A stretch of DNA of 62,000 nucleotides from Octopus vulgaris (Eukaryota), in NCBI GenBank assembly GCA_951406725.2, contig OX597817.1, forward strand, positions 87,812,001-87,874,000, read 5' to 3'. A model generated the notes under the pieces. That model did no database searches and was not told where the DNA came from. It worked only from the letters and a program-made list of their open reading frames with translations. A program made the position numbers and the translations under genes. Within the stretch, counting starts at the first letter, position 1; each line of letters starts with the position of its first letter. Positions 1 through 15,095 of this stretch are shown here, piece by piece.

Positions 1-499
1 TGCTTTTTACATACCAGCAGCACATACACACACAGGCACACACACATATGTTGATTAAAATAGAAAATGAAAAAGCAAAACACTTGACATCACTCAAAGA
101 AACATTTAATTGCAATAGAGAATATAAACATAGTGCAGAGTAGTTATGATAAAAAGAGAGAGTCTCTCACAGCTTTTTCTAGAATAGCCAAATATGTGGA
201 TTATGATATTGTGTAAGGATTCCATAAGCTAAGTATGCTGTCATCAGAGAGAGAGAGAGAGAGAGAGGTCAGAAAATATAGAAATGAATACCCCCAATCA
301 AAGATATTAGTACTTTCCAAAAATTGAAGGAAGGATTGGAATGAAAAGTATATGTGTTTGGTAGTTCTTTGATCAAATAAATAATAAAGTTATTGCTAAA
401 GACAATTAGCAGTCTCATAGGTGAAGATTCGATGATAAGCCATGGCAAAGGATAATGGAAACTACTAGTTTCATTTTTGAATGTGTGTGTGTGTGTGTG

Positions 500-1060
500 T
501 GTAAAAGAAAACCGCAATGTCATAGGAGAGAAATGTATCTGCATGGATGATGGCTCACTTGCATTTAATGAGGCTGCAAAGAAAGAGACTTGGAGATGCC
601 ACTATGAATGGTTGCTAAATGAAAACAATGAATGGGAGAAAGAGAGTTTGCCAAATGTTGACTCAACTGAAGGACCAGCTATCTGAATTGACAGTACTTT
701 GGTAGATAAAGCAATTAAGGGTATGAAGACAGGGAAAGCCCCTAGCCCATGAAAAATCACCATACAGATGCTTAAAATATCTGGCAATGTAAGTTATAGT
801 CTATAGTTAACCAGGTGATACACACAGAAGTCGTACACAAGTGTAGCCAATGCATGTGCCACCTGACTGGCACCTGTGCCAGTGACATGTAATAAGCACC
901 CACTACATTCTCAGAGTGGTTGGTGTTAGGAAAGGTGTCAAACAGTAGAAACCTTGCCAAATCAGATTTGAGCCTGGTGCAGCCTCCCGGCTTACCAGTT
1001 CTGTCAAACTGTCCAACCCATGCCAGCATGGAAAGTGGACATGAATCGACAATGATGATA
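500..1060 (+). mobile_element. Internally deleted RTE-clade LINE fragment joined to its (GAT)n-ending 3' tail
   Basis: Translation KENRNVIGEKCICMDDGSLAFNEAAKKETWRCHYEWLLNENNEWEKESLP, same as the 19683..19910 minus-strand piece; jumps near 830 into the tail ending ccaacccatgccagcatgga...atgatga. Confidence 0.75.
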
Positions 1061-3104
1061 TATGTATATGAATTTTCTCAATACATCTCATTTACCAACC
1101 ATTTTGATGAGTTCTTCAGAATTGATTCTCTCTTTGAGCTCCATTTGTTTGCATGTGATCAAGGTCCCTTTTTCTTAAGACTAACAGATAATAATATAAA
1201 GACAACTCCCAATCATATTGTCATCAGCATCATGGTTTTAATTTTTTTTTAATATACAGCTCTGTATGGGTTGTTTCTACTTCAGTCACTTCTCTTCAGT
1301 TCTCCGCTGCTATAACTACTTCATACCATATTTCCCTGAACTTAAAATAGTTCTGCTATACACATTTCTTTGTCCATTCCTAAGAATCAGTATTTCTAAC
1401 CAGCTTACCTACTTAAACCATCCCTTCCTCTACCATCCCTTCCTCTACCTTGTTATTGTTGTTTAGTTCTAGCTTAGCTCTAGTTAAGTAGATGTATGAA
1501 TGAAGCCAATCCAGTCTTGGCCAGCTCTTTCAATAAGATAATAGAGTGTAATTTACGGATGGGTTTACAGTTACTTCTAGCAAGTCAAATGACTACATAG
1601 AGGTGTCATTGTTGGACCGTCTGTTAGTTTATTGTATTTATTATTTTATCAAAATACTTTAGGTAGCAAGCTGGCAGATTATTAACACTCCAGAAAAAAA
1701 TACTTAGTGGCATTTCTTCCAGGTGGGTTCTGAGTTCAAATGCACCAAGGCCAACTTTGCTTTTCATCATTTCAGAAGCAATAAAATAAATACCAGTTCA
1801 GCACTGGACTTGATAAATGGTCTTTCTTCTCTCAAAATTCACTGGCCTTAAAAGGTGGCAAGATGGCAGGATCATTAGCATGCCGGGGGAAAATGCTTAG
1901 CAGCATTTTGTCTGTCTCCACATCCTGAGTTCAACTTCTACTGATGTTGATTTGTCTTTCATCCTTTCAGGGTCGATAAAATAAGTACCATTTGAGGGTG
2001 ATGCAATCAACTAACACCCCTGTCTCTCTCAAAATTGCTGGCCTTGTGTCAAAATTTGAAAGCATTTTATTAAAATACTTTGATTTTATTCTACTCTAGT
2101 AGTAATTTAAGTAGAAGTAAAATTGGAACTGCCAACAAACTGGAGCTTTTTTATCTCAACTAAGCCTTGGACAAGATTGGTAAAAGTAGACCACTCATTA
2201 TTGCTTATTACTCTTTTACTCTTTTACTTATTTCAGTCATTTGACTGCGGCCATGCTGGAGCACTGCCTGTAGTCGAGCAAATCGACCCCAGGACGTATT
2301 CTTTGTAAGCCTAGTACTTAATCTCTCTATTACTCAGTGATAGATTGATAAATTCTTTTTGTTAACTAACCACTTATTGATTAGTGATAATTAAGATAAT
2401 TATCTAACAAGTCAAAGAGTTATTATTTAGCTCAAGTCTAATCCCATCTGGTTTGTTTCTTATGAAATTAGACCAAATTTGTGTCTGGGTGAAATTTCCA
2501 TCAGTGTAATACAAATAATGAAATTGGTAGAGCCTGGAAGTTTAAAACCTCACATTCCGTCACTTATTCATTTGATTGCTGTCATCCTTAATTTCATTTG
2601 GAAAATTGATTACATTATATAAACCAAGAAGACTCTATAAAATAGCTTTGCCCAATTTTACTGGTTTCTTAATATAAAGGAATTGCTTGATTCAATTGAA
2701 TGACTGCAACTTTTGTCAGGGATTGAAACAGTCTTTGATAATCACAAAATTGCTTTTTCCTTTCTTTTAATCTGCTTCAGATAGGGGATTATTATTTTTT
2801 TTTTGTGGATGCATGTGTTTGCTTGTTTGTTTTTGGTTTTCTTTCTTTCCTCGTTCCATACATTATGGCAGGAAATAAATCTAATTACTGATTTGGTGTG
2901 TTTTGTGTGGAATTTAATGTTTTACATTGTATTTAATAGTTAAAGGAAAATAGAATATGTTGAGGCCAACAATACATTTTCAGATACCAATTCTCCTGGA
3001 GATTACACATTTAAATATATCATACCATTTGTAATTGGAAGTAACTACCTTCAGCAGTCCAGATAAATTTTATATATTAAGATTACTTGCACCTGTATTC
3101 TATA

Positions 3105-3143
<39 letters not shown>

Positions 3144-5609
3144 TTAGGGCATGTCTTTTTGACTTCTCTCATAGTGCTGTATGAACATTTAATGTGGTTT
3201 TAGAGTCAAGTTTTGGCTGCTATTTCCAGCATGGTGATATCTCTTACATACCCTAAATTATAATTTTAATAATAATTATTACCTTTGAAGGTTTTTATTC
3301 CCATGCTGGCCATTTGATAAGATTGATATTTAAATAACGATCTTATCCTTATTTATATAAATTTATATATTTATTTCATCATTATATTCACTGCAGTGAT
3401 ATTTTTTACCATATCGCATGAGGAGTTTTAGGTGGGCAATTTAAACTGGCCATGTGCATACGTGTATATATATGTATGTATACGTTTGTATATGTAAGTA
3501 TTTGTATGTTATATATATATATTTGTATTTATGTGCTATCTGTGTATATTCCACTGATGAGGCAAAGCATTTTTTATGCAGAGCCAGAAATTTGGGATCT
3601 GGAATTATCCAGTAATTTTTTTGCTAGTTTGAATATACTACCTTGAATATATCAAATCTTCACATGTTTGTTCCTCGATGTTGCTGTTGTTTTTTTTTGT
3701 TTTTTTGTACTGATTACACCATCCAATTATTATTCTTATGTGAAACTATTTCATTTCCTCTGTTTGAGAAAGATGAAAGAATCATAACTTCTCACTTTAT
3801 CTTCTAAAACTCTCAAGCCTCTCTTTTATTTATTTATGTTTTCCTTGAATAATTATTATTTCTCTCATTCATATAACTCCTAATCAAAATATCGACAGAC
3901 TTAAGCCACTATATCCAGCCTAGAAGATATCCTCTCCTACTTCTGCATGTCCTATTTATGAGAAGGATCTACTCTGAGAAATTGATAGTCATATGCAAAC
4001 TCTTTAATTTGATATCTTGAACATTCGTTAATACTGCATTAAGAAAAAAAAATTATATCTGTTCTTCAAAGATGAAAAACACTTCAGTAAATCTGTTGAG
4101 ATCAGCAGTCATATATGTAAGAGAGGAAACTGAAGTACAGTTTTTTATTTATTTATTTTTTTAGTTTACTTAAGAAACTAGATTGTTCGAACTAGCAGGA
4201 CATTTTCGTCCAAATCTCTATTTGGAAACATGTATTAGTTGTATACAGTACTTCAGAGTTTTGAAAACTCTCCAAGAGAACTGTAATGAAAGAAACAGAT
4301 CATTTAGAAAATCAAGAAATAGAATATACTGGGGAAAGATGATGATACTTTAAGATCAATATAAAAAAATAAAAAGCTGGTAAATACAGTGTTGCTTCTT
4401 AACTGTGTTTTCTGTTGGTTTTTATTTAATTTTTTTTGTCTAGATTTTTCAGCTATTGGTTTCTGCTACTATAACTGCCATTATCCATGTATTTTGTTGA
4501 TTATATTTACAAACTTTCAAGTTACAGTCAGTCTTTTATTAATGTCATGTTTTTTTGGGGTTTTTTGGTTTAAAAATAATATAAGAATTTATTCTTCTAA
4601 AGTAAAGAATTGGTTGAATAAGGTTGTGGAATTTCAGGAAAACTTGAATGAAGTATTGCTAACTAAGAAAAACATTTGCTAATTCTACAGTGTTACCGAG
4701 TGCCAACACAGTGAGGCATCCACCTGACTACTTCTGTTATTTAATTCATTCTTTTATGCTCCGATCGTCAAATTCCACCAAGATTGACTCTGTATCTTCT
4801 GCCTCTGGGGTTTGCCAAATATACTTTTTTTTATAATAATATATAGAATATGTATTTATCCTCTGCTCTAATGTGTTAAATAATCACTGATTTGAAATTC
4901 TTTCATCAGAATTATCTTGACTTTCTTTATATCAGATAAACAAGAAGCACTGAAACAGGTGTCAAGTAACCATTTAGTTTCTTAGGAATTATTAAAGAAA
5001 GGTAAAGGAAAAGATACTGTGAAGAGACACTGCCTTAAAAATTATAAAATGGTCAACAAAAGATTTAAAATACATAAGATTATATCTTATTAGAGAGGAG
5101 GCATTGTTGCATTCATGCTTTCCCTAAGTACAGAGTGAATAAGGAAGCTACCTCTGCGATGTATTCAGGGTTGCAAATTTAGTTTATTGTTATCTTAGAA
5201 CTTACTTTCTTGTGTGCACTATAAAGCCCATCTGATCTTGCTCTCTCCCTCTCTCTTCAGTATAAATATATATATCATCAAAAATACATATTAATATATA
5301 ACTCAGCAAAGATATCATCATCATCATCATCATCATCATCATATATATATATATGTTAATCTATTAAAATATATTTATATATAATATATGTATGCATTTT
5401 AATAAATTAATAAAGATATATATATATATATATATATTAATATAAATATTTTTGTATAAATTTCATCAAAGCTATTAATAGATTAAAATCTATAAATATT
5501 TATCACACCAAAGATATGTATCAGTAAATTAATGTATTTTGCATCAAAGACATAGATATAGATTAAAACATATATATACATAATGTAAATAGATAGATAG
5601 ATATAGATT

Positions 5610-5654
<45 letters not shown>

Positions 5655-5664
5655 CTCATGCAAG

Positions 5665-5704
<40 letters not shown>

Positions 5705-6613
5705 TATCTACTTCATTTTCAATGTCATACCATACCACCTTTTTCTCCAATTCTGACCTCCCCTTTCCCATCTGTACATCTCATTTTGCCAACAGCTTCC
5801 CCCTTCCTGACTCACACTTATCTTGTCAGCCTCTCCTCCAGCTGATACTTATGAACAACCACACCTCTACTACATCCATCATTCACTATATTTCCCTTAT
5901 CTCCATCCCTATCCACCTGCCACACTCCTTCACAGTCCCATGAACTCACTCACCCATACCACTTCTTTTATATTCACCTTCTTGTAAGTTGAGCATGTGC
6001 TTTGTCACTTCTTGACCACCATCTTCTTTCTTTTTCAATTGAGGTTACCATATATCTCCCTACTAACCTCTTATCACCTGGCATAAAGCCTCCTCTTTCA
6101 ATACTACTCTCCCTCAGCTGAAGAGTAGGGGCCTTGTGAGTTCATTGGTGTCCTCACTAGTGGTCAGTGCCATATGGAAAGCATTCAGTACACTCTGTAT
6201 AATATGTGGCATTAGGAAATGGCATCTAGGTGTGAAAACTATGCCAAGGCAGATGTTGTAGTTTGGTGCAGTCCTTTAGTTTACAATCCAACCCATGCCA
6301 GCATGGAAAGCAGATGCCAAATAATAATAGTGATGGGGATGTATTCACACACACAGACACACACACACACACAAGTGAGGCCAAGTGAGACTCTAATTGT
6401 GACTGATGCCAGTGTCAGGTCATTGGCACTCATGCTGGTGGCACGTAAAAATCACCCACTACGCTCTCGGAGTGGTTGGCATTAGGAAGGGCATCCAGCC
6501 ATAGAAACCTTGCCAAATTCAGATCAGAACCTGGTGCAACCCCCATCAGCTTACCAGTTTCCAGTCAAACCGTCCAACCCATGCCAGATATTAAATGATG
6601 ATGATGATGATGA

Positions 6614-6651
<38 letters not shown>

Positions 6652-8109
6652 ATATATATCTCATCAAGGATATATACCAATTAGTATGTAAATTGATATA
6701 TATCTGATCTAAGATATATTGATAGATTAAAATAAATTAATATATGTCTCATGAAGGACATATTTGGATATATTAATATATATTATCAAAGAGTAGTACT
6801 TAGCATACCCATTTATATATAGGCTGAAAGAGCTAATAATAGTTGTCTTGACCATAGATACAACATATAGTCATCATTCATCCTTCTTATAAAAGATGTT
6901 TCCCTCTGTAACTATAACCAGACTAGAAGGGGCTGCACTATATATCTGTGTGTAATTACATCCAATGTGTAAAGACTGCACCTTGTATCAACATCATTTA
7001 ACATCTGTCTTCCATGCTGATATGAGCTCCACTTTCTGCTTTGGCATAGTTTCAATGACTGGATACCTTTCCTAACACCAACCACTTTCCAGAGTATATC
7101 AGGTGCTTTTTTTTGTGTGTCACCAGCATTAATAAGGTCACCAGGTAACTCACAAGACCAAATACCTTGACTGTGTGGAAGTGAAGTATTGAAGGAGGTG
7201 GCTTTATGTCAAGTGTTGAGAGGCAAGAGTATGATAAAAGGATAGGAACAGATGTCTTGCTGTAGAGGACATATATGGCTGACCCAGCTGGAAAGAGGAA
7301 AAAAAACTAGATGACGGTGACGAGGTGCCAGGACATACCTTCAAAATACAGAAGGTGAATAAGAGGAAGACAGGGACAGAAGAACAGGAGTGGCAGGTGG
7401 CTAAGTTTGTGAGAGTGTAAGGTGAGGATATAGGTGAATGCAATGAATGGTAAACAGGAGAAGAGACTTAATTAGTGGTAAACATCAGTTTGGTGAGTAG
7501 GATGAAGAAAATAGGAGTGGTTCTTGGAGGAGGGGGAGGTGGTCAGAGGCTATTCAAAAAATACATCCAATTTGTAAGAGATTTTGCATCAATTCTAGTT
7601 CACATTATTTCAAATAGAACTAAGGTGGTGAACTGGTCAGATTGTTAGTACATTGGGCAAAATACATTTTGTCTGTCTTTATGTTCTGAGTTCAAATTCC
7701 ACTGAGGTTGACTTTGCCTTTCATCCTTTTGGGGTCCATAAAATAAGTGCCGGTTGAGCACTGGGGTTGATATAATCAACTTACTCTCTTCCCTGAACTT
7801 GGTCTTGTTCCAAAATTTGAAACCATTATTCAAGTATAACTGAAGGGACAGCATAGCGCAATTTATAGAGTGCTAGACAAAGTACTTTGATCATGAGGGT
7901 CCCAATAATATACTGTGGCAAGTTTAATCTATTTTGGATCCTCAAGAGTTGTTGGTCTTTTGCCAAAATTAAAAGTCTTTATTCAACTGAAATCTTTACT
8001 TTTCAGAAGCCTAAAGGTAGTTTGTCAAAGAGTTCTTAATATCAATAATTTTGCCAACTTACATATTCCATGCCAGTTCCTAATCATTTTCTTTCTTTCT
8101 CTTTCCTAG

Positions 8110-8185
8110 GCTCTCAGCTTAAAGTTCATTTCACATGCTTTCAACAATATGAACCCTCACACTAAAGAAATTTACAACTTACTTG
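8110..8185 (+). CDS. TBC1D32: TBC1D32/BROMI internal exon (first one found in window): ALSLKFISHAFNNMNPHTKEIYNLL(V)
   Basis: Pyrimidine tract ...tttcctAG acceptor, G|gtaaat donor; 76 nt, phase 0 to 1; resembles recalled vertebrate [27 protein letters not shown]. Confidence 0.85.
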
Positions 8186-9239
8186 GTAAATAAGACATTT
8201 TTTATGCACTTCATACTAATGTGGTTTTGTATTTGTGTTTATTATTGTTGTTGTTGTTATTTCTAGTTTGAACTGTGGAACCGCAAAGCTGGTTGCTTAA
8301 CAAACAAAATACCCAGTCACAATTTTTTTTTCATCTTTTCTCAATATCATTCCCAAAATTAAGAGTCAATTTATCTCTCAACTTTCGACTACCAATACAA
8401 TACCAGTAAAATATTGGGGGGTTGATTTCAATGACTGCTCCTTTGTTTTGTGTCTGCCTTTGAAACAAATGTTGTTTTGGCTGTTGATATTGTTTTCTCA
8501 TTAATGCTTTTGTAATGTCATTATCGTTGTCTTTGTGATGATGATGATGGCAGTGGTTATTTTTGTTGTTATTTCCCCCCAAACTGAAACAGGCTCTGAT
8601 CAAGAATACCTACATCTACAGTGACATTACTCAATGTGCCGTTCTATTTTTAAAACAGTAGGGTGTAACGTTGAACGAAATCTGGCTGTTCTTTTTAGCA
8701 GGTCAAACGGGCACATTGCTGCTGCTGTGAAATCTCCTCTACCCACAGTTACAAGTTTTGTTGCTGTAGTAGTAATGGTAGTGGTGGTGGTGGTAACAGC
8801 AGCAGCAGCAGTTGTGGTAGTTAATTATACCATTGTCTTTTGCTTCTTAAAACTTCTCCACTAATGAGGATTGTTATGTGTGTTGTTTGTGTTATTATTG
8901 TTCTTGTGGTTGTTGCTGTTTGTGCTATTGGTGTGGCAGTATGCACACAATTGCACTATTGGTGTTGTTGCTTTTATGCATGTCTCATTCTTCTTGCTGT
9001 TAATGTCGTTGTTGTCTATGTAATTTCTGTTCTTAAATGTTATTTGTGTATGTTTTTTTTTTTTGCTGTGTTTGTTGTCTTCATTTAAATTTTGTTATTT
9101 ACTGTTAATGAAAATTTTCACTTTCAATTAATTTAAATGAAATTCAATTTTGTTTTGGTTAATTCCATATGTCAAGGATTTCTTCCGCATCTAGTGATTA
9201 GGTGCCATGCTGACATCATCATTTGGAAGGGGACATGCA

Positions 9240-9580
9240 CAACACACACATACTTGCACACTACACACATATAAACACATACTTGTACACTACACACATA
9301 CACACCTACAAGCTCACACACAAAAGACAGACACAATGCAAATACACACACACAATCACACACAATCACTCACAGATACACACACATACAATACAAATAC
9401 ATACACTCACACACACATGCACGCACACACTTATGCATGCACATACACATATGTACACACATTTCACACACAACACACATACACACACACACTCACATGC
9501 ACATACACACAATGCACACATACAATACACATACACATGCAGATACACACATGCACATACACATGCACACACACATTCCC
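9240..9580. repeat. Degenerate (CA)-rich low-complexity tract
   Basis: Cryptic CA/TACA repeats; source of several spurious His/Thr-rich ORFs. Confidence 0.9.
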
Positions 9581-10202
9581 TTCTTTAGAGTTCTTTTCCT
9601 ATTGCTTACTTTCTTTTTCTTTATTTGGTCTTCTCTCCATCCCCTCCATCTCCCCACCACCACCACCATACTCAACCACTTTCCTCTCTTTCGCTTTGTA
9701 TACATACAGATAGAATTAACCTGGCTTTCCTTTTTTTTTCTTCTTCTTATTTATTATCAACATCATCATTATCATTATTACTTTTATTATCATTATTATT
9801 ATTTACTTTTCTCTCCCCTTACTTTTGTCATCCCCTCCCCCAACTCCAACCCCAACCCCCACCGGTCCATTATTTACTCCTGTTCTTTGGTAATCAAGAT
9901 TTTAAGATTTGAGTTTATGTTTTATCATTGATTAATGGTTCCACTTCAAAAGATACTGATGTTCTGCTAGAAAACTCAATAGAATATCTGCTGGAATTTT
10001 AATGTAGAACTATGTAAACTTCCACTAACAACATTTATCTTTGGGTTTTTCTTGTGTTTTCTTTTTTTTTCTTTTTTCTGCTGAATCAATAATGTGATTC
10101 ATTCCTCCTCCACCTCTTTCTTCCTCCACTTTATATGTATATATTCTGTGCAAAGAATAGCAATGAATATGTATGTATAATATATATATAGATATTGTGA
10201 GA

Positions 10203-10245
<43 letters not shown>

Positions 10246-12262
10246 CACATACATACAGTAAGTTTAGTCTTTTTGGCTATGAAGTGTATATATACACACA
10301 CACACCCATACACACTCTCTCACATGCATACACGCAGTAAGTTTAGAATTGTATTATATATATATATGTGTATATATATATATATAGTCAGTTTAGAAAT
10401 TATATACACACACACTCACGCACACACACTGAGTAACTTTATTGTATTTTATGTATGTATGTATGTATGTATGTATTGTGAGTATAGAACAACGTATAGG
10501 AAATTATATGATGAGAATGTTTCTCGTACATATTTATATGAAGTCAGAAGCTGCTTAGATTTGTTGTTCCAGTCATTATTTTGCTTAATTCACAACTGTT
10601 TTATTATTGTAAACAGAAAACAGCCTAATATTGGAGCCATTCCCACATGTGCTCAACATATCATTTCTAGAATCTATTGGTTATTCATTCAACAAATGTG
10701 ATAATTCTTCAGAGAGATTTTAGATTTTGTCTTGCAAAATATCTATATTACTTTTCAGACACAATATGATAAGTTAGCACATTCCTCATTTAGTATAAGA
10801 GCCAAAATTTTCTTAATCTTAGTATTTTCTTAATTTCTTAGTGTCTTAGAGAATTTGTATATATGGCTTCATCTAAATTAGTTAGAAGTTGTTCCTTTCT
10901 GAACATTCATTTTGATTAATCTTTTAGCAATTAAACCGGCCATATCCAGCCAAAATTTTCAACTTTGTTGTATCTTCAAAGTGGCCAGATCCAGCCTCTC
11001 GCACTTCCCCTACAATGCTATTCTGAAAATAAACAATAATGTCATTGAAATCTCAAAGTTACAAAGTAATGTATGACTAATTCATATCAATGTAAATAAA
11101 TAAGCATTACATTATGTACCTCACATAAAGTAGCCTCTCGCGGATGCAGCTTCTACACATATAAACAGGTGTGGCTGTATGGTAAGAAGCTTGCATCCCA
11201 ATCGCATTGTACTGGACCTAGTCCCACTGTATAGCCCCTTGGGCAAGTGTCTTCTACTATTGCTTCAGGTCTATTGCTTCCCTTTCCCTACACCATGAGA
11301 ACTTCTTGACAAAATTGTTTGACAGAGATTTTCTATCATCTCTCAACTCTTAAATGAGAAGCTTTCTGCTCAATCACATTTTTATGGGGCTCTGCTTAAC
11401 CCACAGCTCCATAGCATTCAAATCATTTTGTCAAATATGTTTATTTATGCATTATGCTGTAGCTTTGAAATTTCAATGATGTGATTGTTTATTTTTAGAA
11501 TGAAATTGTAGGGTCAGTGTGAGAGGCCAGATCTGGCCAATTTGAACATAAAACAGGTAGAATATTTGGACTAAATATAGCCTTGGTAAATGCTAAATGT
11601 TTAAATCTCGTATGCTTCTTCTCTACATCTACAAACTGCTTTAAGTGAATATATGTGCACCTAGGCAGATGGTACCAACTTTGAATCTTTCATACACCCA
11701 TGTCATCTTCATGCATCTTAGTCATCCCATCACAGTATTTCTGTTAATAGAAACCTCAGTAACATCCTTGAATAAGGTTGTGACAATTTCATTCAAGAGC
11801 ACCAGGACGCATTCATTACATCAATGCACTGTCCTACATTCCTCTTAGTCAAGAATAATATCCTGTTCTACATGCTTCTTGGTCAGGAACAGCACACTGG
11901 ACTACATTAGTCAACAATAACATGGTATACTAAATCCTGGAATCATTACAAATACCAAACCATCCAACATTTAATTGCAACTACAGATTTATAGCCAAAA
12001 CTGCAATTCTGAATTAGACTTCACCTCCTTCAACCAAAATGTACTTCAGCTTCCAACATTCTACAAGACCTAAATGTACCTCACATAAAGTAGCCTCTCA
12101 CGGATGCAGCTTCTACACATATAAACAGGTGTGGCTGTATGGTAAGAAGCTTGCATCCCAATCGCATTGTACTGGACTTAGTCCCACTGTATGGCCCCTT
12201 GGGCAAGTGTCTTCTACTATTGCTTCAGGTCAACCAAAATAGCCTCAAGCTGACCTAAACCC

Positions 12263-12332
<70 letters not shown>

Positions 12333-13119
12333 TGTACAGTCAAAGCTAAAAGTTTGGAACAGTTTCTTAAAAATTAAAATTGTTATACCCCAATAAAATT
12401 CGGTTCAAATATATACAATCTATATATTTCGGGGTATTTAATATAAAAATTCTAATTTTCAGGCCTATGTTCCAAACTTTTGACCATGCCAGTATGTGTC
12501 TGTGTGTCAGTGTTTCTTCCCCACCACTCCTTGACAACCAGTGTTGGTGTGTTTACTTCCTGTTAACTTAGCAGTTTGGCATAAGAGACTAATAGAATAA
12601 GTACTGGGCTTAGAAAAATCATTCCTGGTGTCGATTTGTTTGCCTAAAACCCTTCAAGGTGGTGCTCCAGCATGGCTACCATCAAATGACTGAAACAAGT
12701 AAAAGATAGAAGATAAAGATAAAGAAAACCATTCTACATTGCATCTAAATAAAAGCCATCCAACTGCTAGGCAGACCATCTCTCACTAACACACTATGAC
12801 TACTAATTTACCAATCAATGCATTCTATCCTGCTGTAGATGATCAAATAAAAGGTGGCTGGTTCACTTCTGAAAAATGCGAAAAAGTTTTTTTTTTATTT
12901 TTATTATTCTCATGAACACTAAATCTTCCAATAATAATGTATTCCTCAATAAAATTGGCTAAATTTTGCCTTCAGGGAAAAAAGTATTGGATTTTATAGT
13001 CAATAAATTTCTAATTTATGGAAATGTCTTTTACCTATTTATGTCAGATTTTGCTCCAAGTATTAAAATTAAGAGCATGTTACCTAAAAATATGTTAATG
13101 TTGTGCTGTATTTTCACAG

Positions 13120-13226
13120 TGGAGTCTTTGATATTCCAAATTCTATCACATGAGGATCATCCATCGATATCACTACAAAATGGTTTAAATGTCATGGCAC
13201 CAGAAATGGTAAAAATTTTTAAAATG
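13120..13226 (+). CDS. TBC1D32: TBC1D32 exon: (V)ESLIFQILSHEDHPSISLQNGLNVMAPEMVKIFKM
   Basis: ttttcacAG acceptor, ATG|gttagt donor; 107 nt, phase 1 to 0; lies in ORF 12966..13286; resembles recalled [33 protein letters not shown]. Confidence 0.85.
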
Positions 13227-13572
13227 GTTAGTTTCTTTTATATCAACTGTGTTGTCATTCAGAATAAATCTCCATTAATCCTTTGATTTAATTTTTAGAA
13301 TATTGATTTTGTTGTTTTTTGATTTGTGTAGACGTATATTGGTTGGGCAGTGAACAAGGATTACTATATCCTAATTAATTGTTTTCTGATTATCCGAGAT
13401 GACATAGTTCAATGGATAGAATGTTGATCTACAAACCTAATAAATAGCATTTCAGATCACATCTCCAGCACTCTGTTATGTCAAGGATCAACTCTTTAAC
13501 TTTCAGTGACTCAGTCTACTTACTTCATGTCAATAGGTATCATGACTACATACAACTAATTGCTGTAATGAA

Positions 13573-15095
13573 CAGGTTACTTATCATCATCATCATCATC
13601 ATTTGATGTCCATTGTCCATGCTGGCATGGGTTGGACTGTTTGGCCAGAGCTGGCAACTTGGGGACCTGCACCAGACTCCAGTCTGATTTGGCAAGGTTT
13701 CTACAGCTAGATACCTTTCCAAACACCAACCAACCAACTATTTTACAGAGTGTACTGGGTGCTTTTACATGGTACTGCATGGGTGCTCTTATGTGGGGCT
13801 GCACAGGCACTTTTACATGGCATTGGCACGGTTTTACACCACTACAGGGATTGGTCTTAACACTCCTGCTGTGGAGTATGGGTCTTCTTGAATACAGCAA
13901 GTTGTCAGGTATCTCGGTTCTTTGTTGCCTGCAAAGTTCAATATCCTGAAGTTATTCTTCACTAATTCATCCCATGTCTTCCTGGGTCTCCCACTTCCAC
14001 GTGTTTCATCCACTTTGAGAGATCAGTACTAATTAATGGAGCTGTTGTCATCCATCTGCATCACATGACCAAACCAGTGCAGTCTTCTCTCTTGCACTCA
14101 GCAACCAGTTCCTTTTATGCTTAACTTCTCTCTCAAAGCACTAGCACTCTGTCGAATGTGTACACTTACATTACACATCCAATGGAACATATTAACCTCG
14201 TTCCTTTCTAACCTTTGCATGTCTTCTGCATTCAGGGCCCATGTCTCACTACCATATAAAATTCCTGTCACACAACCTTTCTTTCATTCAAAGAGAGAAA
14301 CCTTTCATGGCCAACAAAGGTAACAGCGCACTGAATTTCCTCCATCCTATTCTTGTTCTAGCTGTCACATTCTCTGTGCATCCTCCTCCACTACTAATTT
14401 GGTCCCCTAAATTGCAGAAATTATTTACTACCTCTAATAAGCCACCAGAGCAATTGAGTCTCTTAAATTTTTTATGGATCCTGTGCGTCTTTCACATATG
14501 AAAACTATTTTCATTGATAACCTTCATATTAATCCACCTCACTTCTTATGTGTCCATAGCTTACACTGGGTACACCATATGGAGTTCCTGCCTACACCTT
14601 TCCTAGAAATCGAACAGGGCCACCTACTTGAGTGGGGGAGTGTTCTGTTAGTTTTCTTGCTTACTAGGACCTTAGTCTTTGCTAAGCTAACCTTAAGGGC
14701 CTTAGATTCCAGGTTTTTCTTCCACACCTAGAATTTCTCGTCTAGCTCTGATATGGAATCTGCTATGAGGGCAAGATCATCAGTATATAGTAGTTCTCAG
14801 GGGCTGCCGGTCTTGATTTTCTGTTATGGCCTGAAGGACAATAATAAAAAAAGTGGACTATGGACTGAACTTTGATGAACCCCTACATGTACATCAAATT
14901 CTTCACTGTACTCATGGTTAACTTTCCCCCTACTGACAGCGTCTTTGTGCATGGCCAGTACAGCTTTCACTAGTCACTTGTCTATCCCTAGCCTCCGTAG
15001 AACTCACCATATCACACAGTGGGGCACCCTATCAATGGCTTTCTTTAGATTATCAAATACCAGGTATAATAGTTTATTCTTAACTAAGTTATTCT
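13573..15095 (-). mobile_element. 5'-truncated decayed RTE LINE (RT C-half plus 3' UTR with (GAT)n tail)
   Basis: Minus-strand pieces WKKNLESKALKVSLAKTKVLVS...WPCSISRKGVGRNSIWCTQCKLW; contiguous with tail at 13573-13830; frameshifts and stops. Confidence 0.85.

Noticed and set aside
4601-4682. Possible upstream TBC1D32 exon (KNWLNKVVEFQENLNE)
   Set aside because: Weak splice sites and no convincing similarity; I could not find the exon preceding 8110, which may lie outside the window.
9172-10313. His/Thr- and Cys/Val-rich ORFs
   Set aside because: Translations of CA/TG/TA microsatellites; same for ORFs at 17497-17899, 28669-28984, 41021-41478 and 51609-52117.
11114-12231. TRIM/LTR element bounded by the 158-bp direct repeats
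   Set aside because: Repeats contain a SINE head that continues past the second copy; no PBS, PPT or TSD seen.
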